The notes below the pieces were generated by a model. It was not told the origin of the DNA. It did not search any database and saw only the letters and a program-made list of their open reading frames with translations. Shown here piece by piece: positions 26,570-39,984 of a stretch of DNA of 64,000 nt. The stretch lies in the NCBI RefSeq assembly GCF_006345805.1, contig NC_043011.1, positions 13,652,464 to 13,716,463 on the forward strand. Direction: 5' to 3'. Source of the DNA: Octopus sinensis (Eukaryota). Numbering within the stretch: position 1 is the stretch's first letter; each line of letters opens with the position of its first letter. Position numbers and translations under genes: made by a program.

Positions 26570-26575
26570 CGACGA
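26170..26575 (+). mobile_element. SINE/RTE-associated repeat 3' part with (GAT)n tail and triplicated internal motif
   Basis: ccggtggcacgtaaaaagcacc three times (~26237, ~26305, ~26367); gttaggaagggcatccagctgtagaaac; ends ggacgttaaac(gat)n. Confidence 0.7.
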
Positions 26576-26609
26576 TGAATGTTCAGCTTTTGCAAAATAT
26601 TTGTCTATG

Positions 26610-26813
26610 GTGATCAAATGTTTGTGCTGCACAACAGCTGACTCTCTCGATTTTGCCTGAACAGGTGCACGGTGTACCACACGTCAGGGGCCTAAGGAAC
26701 ATGAGATGAAATGTTTTACTCAAAAACACAACGCACCACCCGGTCTAGGAATTGAAACCGCGATCTCGCGATCGTGAGTGCAACACCCTAACCACTAGGC
26801 CATGCGCTGTTAC

Positions 26814-26855
<42 letters not shown>

Positions 26856-27040
26856 CCTTTCTACTATAGGTACAAGGCCTGAAGGGACTAGTCGATTAAT
26901 CGACCCCAGTACGCAACTGGTACTTAATTTATCGACCCCGAAAGGATGAAAGGTAAAGTCGACCCCGGCGGAATTTGAACTCAGAACGTAAAGAAATGCC
27001 GCTAAGCATTTTGCCCAGCGTGCTAACGATTCTGCCTTAA
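26610..27040 (-). mobile_element. Degenerate SINE D-like copy followed by a SINE B copy
   Basis: ccctaaccactaggccat head at ~26785-26803; SINE B body at 26857-27040. Confidence 0.7.
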
Positions 27041-27708
27041 CAACAACAACAACAACAACAATCATTTTATCCATCACTTCTCAAAGAGACTGGCTCTGTT
27101 TGTAGCTTTTAACAGATAAAGCCACCATATTTGCTACTCATTTTCGCACGCCACTCATACGCACAATAAAAGAACTCTCCGGTTTTCAGTTGCTATTCCA
27201 TCTACCCCCGTCGGTAGGGCATACAACAACTTTACAACATTCACAAAACACATAGAAGCTGTAAGCAAAGCAAAACGACGCACAAACAATTTAGAGCAGT
27301 AACACATATTTAGAGCAGTGACAGGTATGATAGTTGACTTGGAAAAAGAAATAACATTGATGTTGAGAAAGCCAATTATCCCAAGGCCCATAATCTTTCC
27401 ACAATAAATCACAATAAACTACATAGGACATAAAACAGTAACGAACTTTTTTTTATTGGTTTGGTCTAGAGAAAAGAACTGTGTCCATAACATTTTCAGG
27501 CCTTCCGAAAAAGGTAAGATCGATGTTTTTAGTGTACGCAAAGGCCGGCATTCCCCTACATACCAACTTAAAAATCTAGCTTACCCCTAGATTCTAAAAT
27601 CCATTTCAGTTACTTGTAACGCTGTAGGAATATGTATAAAAAAAAACATGCAGAGCAAGATTTGAAGAAAGGGGACGAAATTCTGGGGATGCAGGATTGG
27701 GTCTAGAG

Positions 27709-27941
27709 CAGTGGTCCTCAATCATTTTTTGCCTAAGGAACCCCTTTGGTTCCTATTTTACTCGACTTGGACCTCCATGTTAAAAAAATCCTATTATGTA
27801 TTTATAATTAAATATTATTAGAATTGTATTTAAAAACTGTTAAAATATTTTGTGTATAAACAATTTATTGCACATAAATTTTAACAACAAACTCTTATGT
27901 GGATCCCCAAGGGTCATGTGGACCCTGGCTGAGAACCACTG
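27709..27941. mobile_element. hAT (Charlie-like) MITE
   Basis: Termini cagtggtcctca / tgagaaccactg; 8-bp TSD gtctagag / gtctaggg matches the NTCTAGAN preference of Charlie hATs. Confidence 0.85.
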
Positions 27942-28391
27942 GTCTAGGGGCTAGTATTAGTTGGGGCTAGATGCAGTGTGAGTGACTAGAGAGAGACACG
28001 AATGAGTAAGGAGTGATTGAGTAGAATTGACACAAGATCAGCCAGCCCCACGATGTAGAGTCCAGGGTATAAAAATAGTAGAAAAAAGTAGAGTTGAGGC
28101 AACACGCGTGTGGGCCAGAGGTTGGACTGTGTTTATGAGGGACTTTATGCGGCTTACCAAGATCCTCAGTGGGACACAGCTTTTGAGAGTCAGTGCCTTT
28201 CATTACGCAATACGCATCATTCCAATGCCACACCCAACACAATTCTGTCAGCACATCTTAATCCACTCCAACGTCGTATTTTACTCTACTCCAGCATCAC
28301 ACCATACTCCACTCTAAACAACCGCCCACACTCCACTCAACTTCAAAATGACTTATAACTCCTATTCGAACAGTAACCCTGATGACTTCTT

Positions 28392-28734
28392 TGTGGGATG
28401 ACGTCAGCAGCTGAGGAGCTGACCCGAACTTGGGGCTGACCGGATGGGGCAGGAGTGACGCGCGCGCAGGCAGGGCAGGATTCGGCCTTTTCGATCGAGG
28501 TCGCCGAGGGAGCAAGACGCGTGAGCACGTTGTTAAGGTAGGGGGTGAAGCAGCTGCTATTTCTAGCGTTCGGGTCGGGCTGCGTTAAAGGATCCATTAC
28601 CGCTGAAAGGTCTCCGTCGAGCGAAGAGAAGAACCTAAAATATTGACTGCTTTTGAGCAAGAAGCTAAGTCTTGGGAAGTTCGAGGAGTCCAGGAAGCTA
28701 AAGATGGAAACCTAGATGCTGGCGTCATCCCACA
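28392..28734. other. GC-rich 343-bp segment with TG...CA ends and ~25-bp imperfect terminal inverted repeats
   Basis: tgtgggatgacgtcagcagctgagg versus cctagatgctggcgtcatcccaca. Confidence 0.5.
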
Positions 28735-29233
28735 GACTTAACAACTTTTAAGCAACCCCATCTGGTGTCTGATGTCTCCCATTAAGGATCGAACCTACAA
28801 CTTATTTATTTGTATTTTACAAGATCAATATATAGCAAGTCTCATATTACCGACATGCATGCTTCGCTTCTTGTTCGATGGAGTGTGACCAAATATAGGA
28901 AACACGAGTTACTACAACGACTACACATCACTATCTACCGTTTGCACCACCAGATGGCGTTAGAATATATTCACATATGAGAGTCGTTCGGCTAATCAGA
29001 AGTAGTAATATGGCTGTCAATCACACGTGGCAATGCTCTTCGGTTTTGGATTTATGAATTTTAAAAGCAATCACATGGATGTCATAAAGGATATCGCTCT
29101 TGCTGCAAGCTGTGCGATGCCTGCACTCGACACACACACACTCTCCCTCTCTCTCTCTCTCTCACTCACACACACACACACACAAACACACACACATACA
29201 CAAGCACACAAACAGAATGAAAGATTACATAGC

Positions 29234-29297
<64 letters not shown>

Positions 29298-29310
29298 CAG
29301 ACAGACAAAC

Positions 29311-29375
<65 letters not shown>

Positions 29376-29380
29376 AACAT

Positions 29381-29422
<42 letters not shown>

Positions 29423-29444
29423 GAAAGACAGACAGACAAACATA

Positions 29445-29478
<34 letters not shown>

Positions 29479-29483
29479 AACAT

Positions 29484-29532
<49 letters not shown>

Positions 29533-29556
29533 CAGACAGACAAACATATAGATAGA

Positions 29557-29590
<34 letters not shown>

Positions 29591-29595
29591 AACAT

Positions 29596-29646
<51 letters not shown>

Positions 29647-29665
29647 CAGACAGACAGACAAACAT

Positions 29666-29716
<51 letters not shown>

Positions 29717-29725
29717 AACATATAG
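29234..29725. repeat. (AGAT)n(AGAC)n-AAACATAT higher-order microsatellite
   Basis: Seen directly; similar tracts at 30247-30624, 31155-31531 and 32467-32625. Confidence 0.95.
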
Positions 29726-30245
29726 ATATGTTTCTTTATTAGCCACACAGGGCTGCACACAGATGGAACAAATTACAAGGTAGAGCTTTTCTTTTGAAGG
29801 TATTAAAAAAAAAAAAAAAAAAAAAAGGAAGGGGGAGGTTCGATCAAAAGGGATCGTAAAAGGAGAGAAAGAGGACAAAAATAAGGGGGGTTAAAAAAAA
29901 AAAAAAAAAAAGGGGGGGGGGGGGAGAGGAAAAAAAATGATCAATAGGGATCGTTATCACAGAAATGTCAATATGAAGTGTAAAGGGGAGGACAGGTGAG
30001 GTTTACCCGTGGAAAGAAAAGCCGCGAAAAGACCACGGTAACCTCGGTCAATGAAGTCACATTTTATATTTCTTTTTTTTTTTTTTTTTTTTTTGCAAAT
30101 AAGCAACTCTCTGTTTTCGATTTCTGGGTTCATAGGACTATGCTCAGGTCGCTTCGTCATTCATACGTGCCATTCTTGCTACATTCACCCATCTTTTTTT
30201 AAAACATTCGCTAGACAAAACTTGCCTCTCTACTCTCACTTTCCT

Positions 30246-30246
<1 letters not shown>
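29726..30246 (-). mobile_element. Tx1/L1-like LINE 3' end, copy 3 (last ~38 codons plus 3' UTR)
   Basis: [25 protein letters not shown] matches the end of ORF 31931-32452; AATAAA precedes the (ATCT)n tract on the minus strand. Confidence 0.85.
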
Positions 30247-30315
<69 letters not shown>

Positions 30316-30320
30316 AACAT

Positions 30321-30407
<87 letters not shown>

Positions 30408-30417
30408 AACATATAGA

Positions 30418-30451
<34 letters not shown>

Positions 30452-30501
30452 AACATATAGATAGATAGATAGATAGATAGACAGACAAACATATAGATAG
30501 A

Positions 30502-30535
<34 letters not shown>

Positions 30536-30540
30536 AACAT

Positions 30541-30591
<51 letters not shown>

Positions 30592-30596
30592 AACAT

Positions 30597-30624
<28 letters not shown>

Positions 30625-30627
<3 letters not shown>

Positions 30628-30700
30628 TGTTTCTTTATTAGCCACACAGGGCTGCACACAGATAGAACAAATTACAAGGTAGAGCTTTTCTTTTGAAGAT

Positions 30701-30734
<34 letters not shown>

Positions 30735-31154
30735 AAGGGGGAGGTTCGATCAAAAGGGATCGTAAAAGGAGAGAAAGAGGACAAAAATAAGGGGGGTTAA
30801 AAAAAAAAAAAAAAAAGGGGGGGGGGGGGGGGAGAGGAAAAAAAATGATCAATAGGGATCGTTATCACAGAAATGTCAATATGAAGTGGTAAAGGGGAGG
30901 ACAGGTGAGGTTACCCGTGGAAAGAAAAGCCTGCGGAAAAGACCACGGTAACCTCGGTCAATGAAGTCACATTTTATATTTTTTTTTTTTTTTTTTTTTT
31001 TTGCAAATAAGCAACTCTCTGTTTTCGATTTCTGGGTTCATAGGACTATGCTCAAGGTCGTTCGTCATTCATACGTGCCATTCTTGCTACATTCACCCAT
31101 CTTTTTTTAAAACATTCGCTAGACAAAACTTGCCTCTCTACTCTCACTTTCCTT
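30625..31154 (-). mobile_element. Tx1/L1-like LINE 3' end, copy 2
   Basis: Near-identical to 29726-30246, with the same truncation point. Confidence 0.85.
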
Positions 31155-31169
31155 AGATAGATAGATGAG

Positions 31170-31222
<53 letters not shown>

Positions 31223-31226
31223 ACAT

Positions 31227-31312
<86 letters not shown>

Positions 31313-31322
31313 AACATATAGA

Positions 31323-31356
<34 letters not shown>

Positions 31357-31405
31357 AACATATAGATAGATAGATAGATAGATAGACAGACAACATATAG
31401 ATAGA

Positions 31406-31439
<34 letters not shown>

Positions 31440-31447
31440 AAACATTT

Positions 31448-31498
<51 letters not shown>

Positions 31499-31503
31499 AA
31501 CAT

Positions 31504-31531
<28 letters not shown>

Positions 31532-31534
<3 letters not shown>

Positions 31535-31603
31535 TTTTCTTTATTAGCCACAAGGGCTGCACACAGATAGAACAAATTACAAGGTAGAGCTTTTCTTTTG
31601 AAG

Positions 31604-31638
<35 letters not shown>

Positions 31639-32465
31639 AGGGGGAGGTTCGATCAAAAGGGATCGTAAAAGGGGGAGAGAAGAGAGACAAAATAAGGGGG
31701 GGTTAAAAAAAAAAAGGGGGGGGGGGAAAAAAAAATGATCAATAGGGATCGTTATCACAGAAATGTCAATATGAAGTGTAAAGGGGAGGACAGGTGAGGT
31801 TACCCGTGGAAAGAAAAGCCTGCGGAAAAGACCACGGTAACCTCGGTCAATGAAGTCACATTTTATATTTCTTTTTTTTTTTTTTTTTTTTTTTTTGAAA
31901 AAAAGCACTCTCTGTTTTCGATTTCTGGGTTCATAGGACTATGCTCAAGGTGGCTTCGTCATTCATACGTGCCATTCTTGCTACATTCACCCATCTTTTT
32001 TTAAAACATTCGCTAGACAAAACTTGCCTCTCTACTCTCACTTTCCTTTTCAAGTGGTACTTGAAGAAGTTGATGAGAGATTGACCAGAGAGGAAAGTGT
32101 TTGTCTCCAATCCTTTCAGACGCGTCCACCAGATACATTCTTTCGCCATAGCCACAAGGATGATGAAAATAGCTCTTCCTTCCCGTTTGAAGGAAGGAGG
32201 CGTGACAATATTGACGATAGACTCAGCTGATAAACCGACTCGTCCCACACGTGACAGCAGTTGTTCGACATAAGCCCACAGGTCGGAAATTGTTGGACAC
32301 TGCACGAGTGCGTGCAGAACGGTTTCGTCGCTCTGACCGCATCTCGGGCAGGTCGGCCCCGTGTTTCTCGAGCCGTGTCTGTAGAGCTTATCCCGAACGG
32401 GTAGCGCTTCTCGGTAGCACTGCCAGGCCAGGGATCTCTGGAAGTTGTCCATGGGCCCTGGCCCG

Positions 32466-32466
<1 letters not shown>
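31532..32466 (-). mobile_element. 5'-truncated Tx1/L1-like LINE with intact ORF2 C-terminus (CCHC zinc knuckle)
   Basis: ORF 31931-32452: LAWQCYREALPV...CPRCGQSDETVLHALVQC; (ATCT)n on both sides. Confidence 0.9.
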
Positions 32467-32496
<30 letters not shown>

Positions 32497-32519
32497 CAGA
32501 CAGACAAACATATAGATAG

Positions 32520-32607
<88 letters not shown>

Positions 32608-33061
32608 GGATGGATAGACAGATAGCTATCTGGTATACGCAATTGGAGCAATTAATATAAGTACACTGTAGATAGGCCAGTTACTGCAGTATTTATCCCG
32701 AGATTATATGTCTCATTGACTTGATATGTTAAAAACACAATAAATATCGGAGAGGGATGAAAATCCGTCCCGTCAGCGGCCAGCAAGAGCGCCAGATGAA
32801 GTTCGGCCTCTTTAGGTGTTTTCTATGCGTACACTATATTAGGTATATTTAAGGGTGGTTGCTTATCTACTTAACGTGAACCTCTTGTCAGCCTAACCAC
32901 TACCCACTTTATATTCTGACAGTATAACTCATAGATGTGTACGGATGAATGTTCTCTTTTTTTTTAGTTTTAGAGTCAATTTTGACTGGTCACCTACTTT
33001 AACCATGGTTGTGAAGGAAAGTGTCTTGTTTTATCCAGTAACCTTTAAATCTTAAGAAGGT

Positions 33062-33640
33062 CTTACTCTTTTACTTGTTTCAGTCATTTGACTGCGGCCA
33101 CGCTGGAGCACGGCCTTTAGTCCAACGAATCGACCCCAGGACTTATTCTTTGTAAGCCTAGTGCTTATTCTATCGGTCTCTTTTGCCGAACCGCTAAGTT
33201 ACGGGGACGCAAACACACCACCATCGGTTGTCAAGTGATGTTGGGGGGACAAACACAGACACACAAACATATACACACACATACATATATATATACACAT
33301 ATACGACGGGCTTCTTTCAGTATCCGTCTACCAAATCCACTCACAAGGCTTTGCACGGCCCGAAGCTACAGTAGAAGACACTTGCCCTAGGTGCCACGCA
33401 GTGGGACTAAACCCGGAACAATATGGTTGGTAAGCAAGCTACCTACTACACAGCCACTCCTGCGCCTATATATATATATGCATATATATGACGGGATTCT
33501 TTCAGTTTCCGTCTACCAAATCCACTCACAAAGTTTTGGTCGGCCCGAGGCCATAGCAGAAGACACTTGCCCAAAGTGCCACGCAGTGGGACTGAACCCG
33601 GAACCATGTGGTTGTTAAGCAAGCTACTTACCACACAGCC
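33062..33640 (-). mobile_element. SINE family A full copy plus a second 5' half
   Basis: Family A consensus at 33062-33466 and 33490-33640. Confidence 0.85.
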
Positions 33641-34451
33641 TATAGTCCCAAATATCGTGATCATTTGTAGCATATGAATTAAAGATATGCATTCTCTCCC
33701 TAAGATCTCGAGTTCAGTCTTACCTTGCTCCAGACAGGTTGGCATGTATCCTGTTGTTCCAACAATAATAAGTATGAAGCTGAAAGTGCATCTTGAGAAC
33801 TGGATTTGTAAACTCCTTGTCAACGGTTCGTAAATGTCCTCTTTTTCTTGTATTTTTCTTACTATATTTGTGTCCTGAGGGTAACTGTTTTCCACAACAG
33901 AATATACCTTACATTGTGGTCACACACAACGATATCTGGCCGGTTATGTTTTAACTTGGTGGCTATTTTATGTATGTATGTATGTATGTATGTATGTATG
34001 TATGTATGTATGTATGTATGTATGTATGTATGCATGCATGTATGCATGCATGCATGTATGCATGCATGTATGCATGCATGTATGTATGTATGTATGTATG
34101 TATGTATGTATGTATGTATGTATGTATGTATGCATGCATGTATACATGTATGTATGTATGTATGTATGTATGTATGAATGTGTGTGTGTATGTATGTATG
34201 TGTGTATGTATGTATGTATTTATGTATGCATGCATGCATGTATGCATGTATGTATGTATGTATGTATGTATGTGTGTGTGTGTATGTATGTATGCATGCA
34301 TGCATGTATGTATGTATGTATGTATGTATGTGTATGTGTATGTATGTATGTATGTATGTATGTGTGTGTATACTTGGCTTTTATTTTTCGAATTTCTCAC
34401 CAATGGAGAAAAAGGTGGTGGAATTTAGACAACATTAAAACACGATATCCT

Positions 34452-34502
<51 letters not shown>

Positions 34503-34587
34503 ATTAATTAATAAGGGTGAGAGAATTAGATACTAATTTAATAGTATATCTATTCAGTGAGCCATATAGTGACCACTCTCTTATATT

Positions 34588-34685
<98 letters not shown>

Positions 34686-35600
34686 GTATGCATGTATGTA
34701 TGTGTGTATGAATGTATGTATGCATATACGTACGCATGTTTGTAAATATATACTTTTGAGGAGACGTACACACGGTGCAGGCATGGATGGCTTTGCGTAT
34801 GTGGATCTCATCACATACTGAACTTCATGAATGCTTGACAGTTTGTAGCTGTAATCTTCCCATTAGTTGTGTAAATGTCTCAAAATTGATACCCAGGTAG
34901 TTAATCTGTAACAAATTGTTCCAATAATTACTGCTAAACATCTAATGGATTAAATGCAAGTTTCACTTCATTTCGGCATAGCGATTTTCTTTTGCAGTAA
35001 GTTTTTAACGTTTTTTTAACAGCTGTTGAGCAACTGATTTCAGCTGCTATTCACAGCTTCTTTTTCCCATCTCAGATCATTATTTCTATCATGTATTTTG
35101 CTTGCACTTTATTTATGTCTTGTTGGGGACATTTCCTCCAGTATTCTTTCAAATTATGCCTAGTTATGATCTCCACATCAGTGTACCTCCTTATATTTGT
35201 CACCGTATGATTATTTCATTATATAGTGTTCTGCTTATGATATGATTTCTCATGGGCAGATAATAACGTGAGGATAGCTTCGGGTAGCTACTCATGATGT
35301 GGGTGTGAATTTTAATATTTATTCCACTGAACTTGCATCGGTTGTCAAAACTTGGTGGCTTATCCTTTTTCTGCAGGTATTTTGTGGCTATTTCCTGCTC
35401 CTGTATTGCAAAAACATATATCCTTCAAAGTGAGAACCAATATTCTGGTTGTTAGATCGGGATAGACTATTTTGGTTGCCTATCAATGCGTCACTTTGAA
35501 GCTTTCTGGAAATATAGCCGTACATCTTTTGCTGGTATTTATGCAACCTCCCTTCTGAAGACCTAATCCGAGAGAGTTGTGCAACTTCTCTGGATTATAT
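33640..35600 (-). pseudogene. R2-group (R4/Dong/NeSL-like) LINE 3' region with restriction-like endonuclease, split by microsatellites
   Basis: FAIQEQEIATKY...DNRCK...HIMSSYPKLSSRYYLPMR (~35430-35240); KHNRPDIVV and EKEDIYEPL...IIVGTTG (33965-33740), a PD-(D/E)xK-type domain. Confidence 0.75.
33970..34372. repeat. (TATG)n/(CATG)n microsatellite
   Basis: Seen directly. Confidence 0.95.
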
Positions 35601-35611
35601 CCGTGTATGTA

Positions 35612-35645
<34 letters not shown>

Positions 35646-35879
35646 GCGTCAGCTATTTGTGAACAAAACGTTTAAGAACAATAAGTGGCTCAACCTCAGC
35701 ATAGACCCTTCGAATTAAACACAGACAATGAAAAAGCATACTGTTCTTCTCATCTTAGCCGCCAACTACAGTGATTCGATTCTAAAATTGCAACCTTCTT
35801 AAATATCTTTAGGTCCTTCGTGTTTAAGATCAGAAAAGAGTTCCTTCCGAACCAAAAGAATAAAACATTTTCAAAGGTC

Positions 35880-36448
35880 AGAAATTATAAGAAGAGTTGG
35901 GTTTGTCCATCAAGTCCAGGGCATAATCACCGAGGATACCGGCATGTCGGTGAGGGCCATTGTCAATCATCTCTAGGTGTCAAAGTCATCGATTAGAGGT
36001 GTGGTGCACTAAGACACAAGGTGCAAATCCTATATAAAGAGGACAGTTCATGTCCTAAAAGACCTAAGAGATCTGTGAAATCCGGTCAAAGCGTTTGCTG
36101 AACAAACTCAAGCAGTCCGAGGAGCCCGACATGTTCTTGTTCCTCTCAGAAGAGGAAAAATGACGGGTGACTGTACTAGTTCCACGTAAGTTTCCATCGT
36201 TTGCGATGGTCAAATGGATTGTGAGCAATGAAAACTAAATTATGTTTCCTCACTTTTTCTCGCAAGGTTTTAGAGTCAATGTGGCCGCTTTATATCGACA
36301 CAGTGGAGGCGGTTGTGAAGCCCTGACTCGAAAGATTTACTCGGAGTGGCTGTACGTATCCCTACAAGGCTTGGCTCTCTCTCCTCTCTCTCACTCTCTC
36401 TCTCTCTCTCTCTCCTCTCTTTCTCTCTCTCTCTCTCACACACGCACG

Positions 36449-36506
<58 letters not shown>

Positions 36507-36740
36507 GCCTGCGCGACCCAAAAGTGAATGGCCGAAAATTTTCCTGATCATCTTACCCCTAATATTTGGTCTTCTAGCTCTACTGATTAAAACCCTGAAG
36601 GACTTCATCTGGGTCGTCGTTGAGAGGGAGACCAACAAACATGCAAGAGTCATTGATGTCTGCTATAGGAAATGTTATAGCCAACACGAACAAAGATCAC
36701 TCGATCAACGCATTTAGCACTTTCAGATGTCGTTTCAGAA
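35880..36740 (+). pseudogene. Tc1/mariner (maT-like) transposase relic
   Basis: RSKRLLNKLK, MFPHFFSQGFRVN and a PNIWSSSSTD*NPEGL-like segment; homologous to 46301-47574. Confidence 0.65.
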
Positions 36741-37124
36741 GTTCGTAAGAATTATGTGTACCAAATGCTTTGAAAGTATCTTCTCTTCAAAGACAAAGAA
36801 GCAAATACCTAGCTCCAACTGCAACTGACTCCAGAATAAAGGGGGGAATACCTTAAGGAATCAACAATCTGTTTCCTGAATTAACATGTCATTAAGAAAA
36901 AGACTGCATTTTCTCTGGAATAAGCACGCGTGCGCGTTACATATTGACTCTGTCGTTGTTCTCTACATACTGAACCATATATCATGATCGCAGTCCTCAG
37001 CCCTCTACGTAATAACAATAAATACAACCATTATAGTCATACACACACACACACACACATATATACATACATACATACGTATATATAATTTATATATATA
37101 TGTATGTATGCATGTATGTATGAG

Positions 37125-37155
<31 letters not shown>

Positions 37156-37244
37156 CACACACAGAGACATCCACACCCACATCCATATATACATACACAC
37201 GCACACATACACACACTAACATATACGTATACATACACACACAT

Positions 37245-37452
37245 AATGGCCCAGTGGTTAGGGCAGCGGACTTGCGGTCGGAGGATCGCGGTTTTGATTC
37301 CCAGACCGGGCGTTGTGTGTGTTTATTGAGCGAAAACACCTAAAAGCTCCACGAGGCTCCGGCAGGGGATGGTGGTGTTCCCTGCTGTACTCTTTCACCA
37401 CTCTAAAGGCGGTGCTCCAGCATGGCCGCAGTCAAATGACTGAAACAAGTAC
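37245..37452 (+). mobile_element. Chimeric SINE: family D 5' half joined to the family A 3' terminus
   Basis: aatggcccagtggttagggcagc...tctttcaccact followed by ctaaaggcggtgctccagcatggccgcagtc. Confidence 0.75.
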
Positions 37453-37453
37453 A

Positions 37454-37504
<51 letters not shown>

Positions 37505-37526
<22 letters not shown>

Positions 37527-37828
37527 CGTTTTGGGATTTGGTTTGCAAGATTCTTTATATGATTTCGTGTGTTGAAGCATATTCTATCGTGTCTGGGGAG
37601 AGTCATTTTCTTTTTGTGCCTTATTATTTAACACACTCACCGGTAAAATTTCTACCTTTTTCTTATCTTTATTGTCCTAAAATTTTCGCTGCGTCTTGCA
37701 AAAAAGGTTGCAAGACGGAACGAAAATTTTAGGACAATAGAAATATTAAAAAAACGTGGAAATTTTACCGGTGAGTGTGTTAAATAATAAGGCACAATAA
37801 GAAAATGACTCTCCCCAGACAAAATAGA

Positions 37829-37832
<4 letters not shown>
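37505..37832. repeat. Fold-back element in (TA)n with ~120-bp imperfect arms
   Basis: 37579-37699 is inverted at 37708-37832; same family as 9862-10110. Confidence 0.85.
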
Positions 37833-37861
<29 letters not shown>

Positions 37862-37870
37862 ATATATATA

Positions 37871-37909
<39 letters not shown>

Positions 37910-39178
37910 GGATCAAAGGATCAGTCTGTACGGGGTTACTTATTTTTACCAGCTGAGTGGACTGGAGCAACGTAAAATGAAGTGTTTTACTTAAGAACAC
38001 AACGAATCTCCCGGGTTTAGGAAACGAAACCACAATTTTACGATTGTACCTGCAACACCCTAACCACTGAGCCACACACACACACACCACACACACAAAC
38101 ACACACAAACACACAAACACACACAAACACATATATACTATTACACCGCCATAGTCTTCTTTATATTAACACAAACACAATCTTTAGTTTTCCAAATATT
38201 TTTAATTGTGTTGTTAGTATAATTAATGGCGTCGTGTGTTATGATTTGCCGTAGTAGTAACAGCGGAATATCTGTCTATTTAGCTATTGATATCAGCCTT
38301 CCTCGAAAATGCCGTTTTGTTTGTAAACAAGCAACGACCTTGCCCTTGATGAGACATCGTCAAGAGACGATAGTGGGGATACCCTTACGGCATAGGGAAG
38401 TGTTTACAAGGGAAGAGAAGGCAGAACCTTTCTGTTTTATACCGACAGCTAGAGAGAGAGACATATCGGTTTTTAGCCTCACCCCATGCCACGAGGAATA
38501 GTTTTGTGCTCAGTAACATCAACAACAATTAAGGACACGTGCTGGGTTCTATGAAGATTAGTCACTGGAAGATGTCCTCTCTCCCTCTCTCTGTGAGGAG
38601 GTTGTCCTCGTAGAACCCGTCATATACGCCGGTCCCCTCCCAAACGTCTCCTTTCTCTTACTTTTTGTCATTAGAAATACTTCAGTCCGTACGACAGACG
38701 ACACTTGTGGACAGGAGGAGGAGGAGGAAGAGGAGGAGGAGGAGGAGAACAGGAGGAGGGAATTTTCCCCGCCTTTTCCTCCTCCTACTTTAATGTGAGA
38801 AAAATCAATGATTCAGAACTTGGGAAATCTTGTGTCGGTGACCAGACTGCGAAATGTTTACGTAGATCATGTGATTCATGACACTCTGAAGAACGAGTCT
38901 TAATCAGATAAATAGATATAAGTTATCCAAAATATATGCATAAAACACACACACACACACGCGCGCGCGCGCGCGCGCATACACACACACAACACCACCA
39001 CCACCACAACAACCACAACCATCACCACCAGCACCATCTTTATTATCACCATCACGCAAGGATTTTCGCGTTCGCTAGATCTCTAGATGTGCTAAAAATA
39101 GTTGCCATTGTTTCCTCAGTCCTACATCCTACAGTCCTAAAAAAAGTGGAGTACATGAAACAATGTAGTCCTAAATAT

Positions 39179-39221
<43 letters not shown>

Positions 39222-39222
<1 letters not shown>

Positions 39223-39452
39223 TTCTTTACTACCCACAAGGGGCTAAACACAGAGGGGACAAACAAGGACAGACAAAGGGATTAAGTCGATTACATCGAC
39301 CCAGTGCGAAACTGGTACTTTATTTATCGACCCCGAGAGGATGAAAGGCAAAGTCGACCTCGGCGGAATTTGAACTCAGAACGTAACGGCAGACGAAATA
39401 CCGCTAAGCATTTCGCCCGGCGCGCTAACGTTTCTGCCAGCTAGCCGCCTCA
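39222..39452 (-). mobile_element. SINE family B, full length
   Basis: Reverse complement of the family B consensus. Confidence 0.85.
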
Positions 39453-39984
39453 TCCTAAATATACATATATATAAAAAGACGGGACTGGCACGTCCGGAAC
39501 ACCTTTATCCTTTGTTTATTTCGAATAATGTTGAACTAAGGTTAAACAACAAGAACCCCCACACACACACATACACACACACACGCACACAAACAAGCAC
39601 ACACACACACATACATATGATGAATATATATTCTTGTTTGCCATTCGATTTTGCGTTATTCCTCCGAAAATTATCCAAGTTTTAAATATTATTCTCACAA
39701 ATAAGTTTGAATTGCCAGCTTCGACGAGAGTTGAACCGGTAACAACGACATCCTGTTAGTCATCATTATTAATATCACCGATACACTTTAACAATTCTTT
39801 CCATGGTGAAGTGAAGAATTTTGTAAACAATTTGTGAATAAATCGATAAGATGGAAAACATGTGTCTGGCAATCTTCAGACTTCAAGAGAGAGAATGGGG
39901 AAGAGTACAGTAAGTATGTATGGAACCCAGCTACACCAGCCCTGCTTTTTCCAGTTCCATCATTTTCATTGTCTCTACGTCTCA

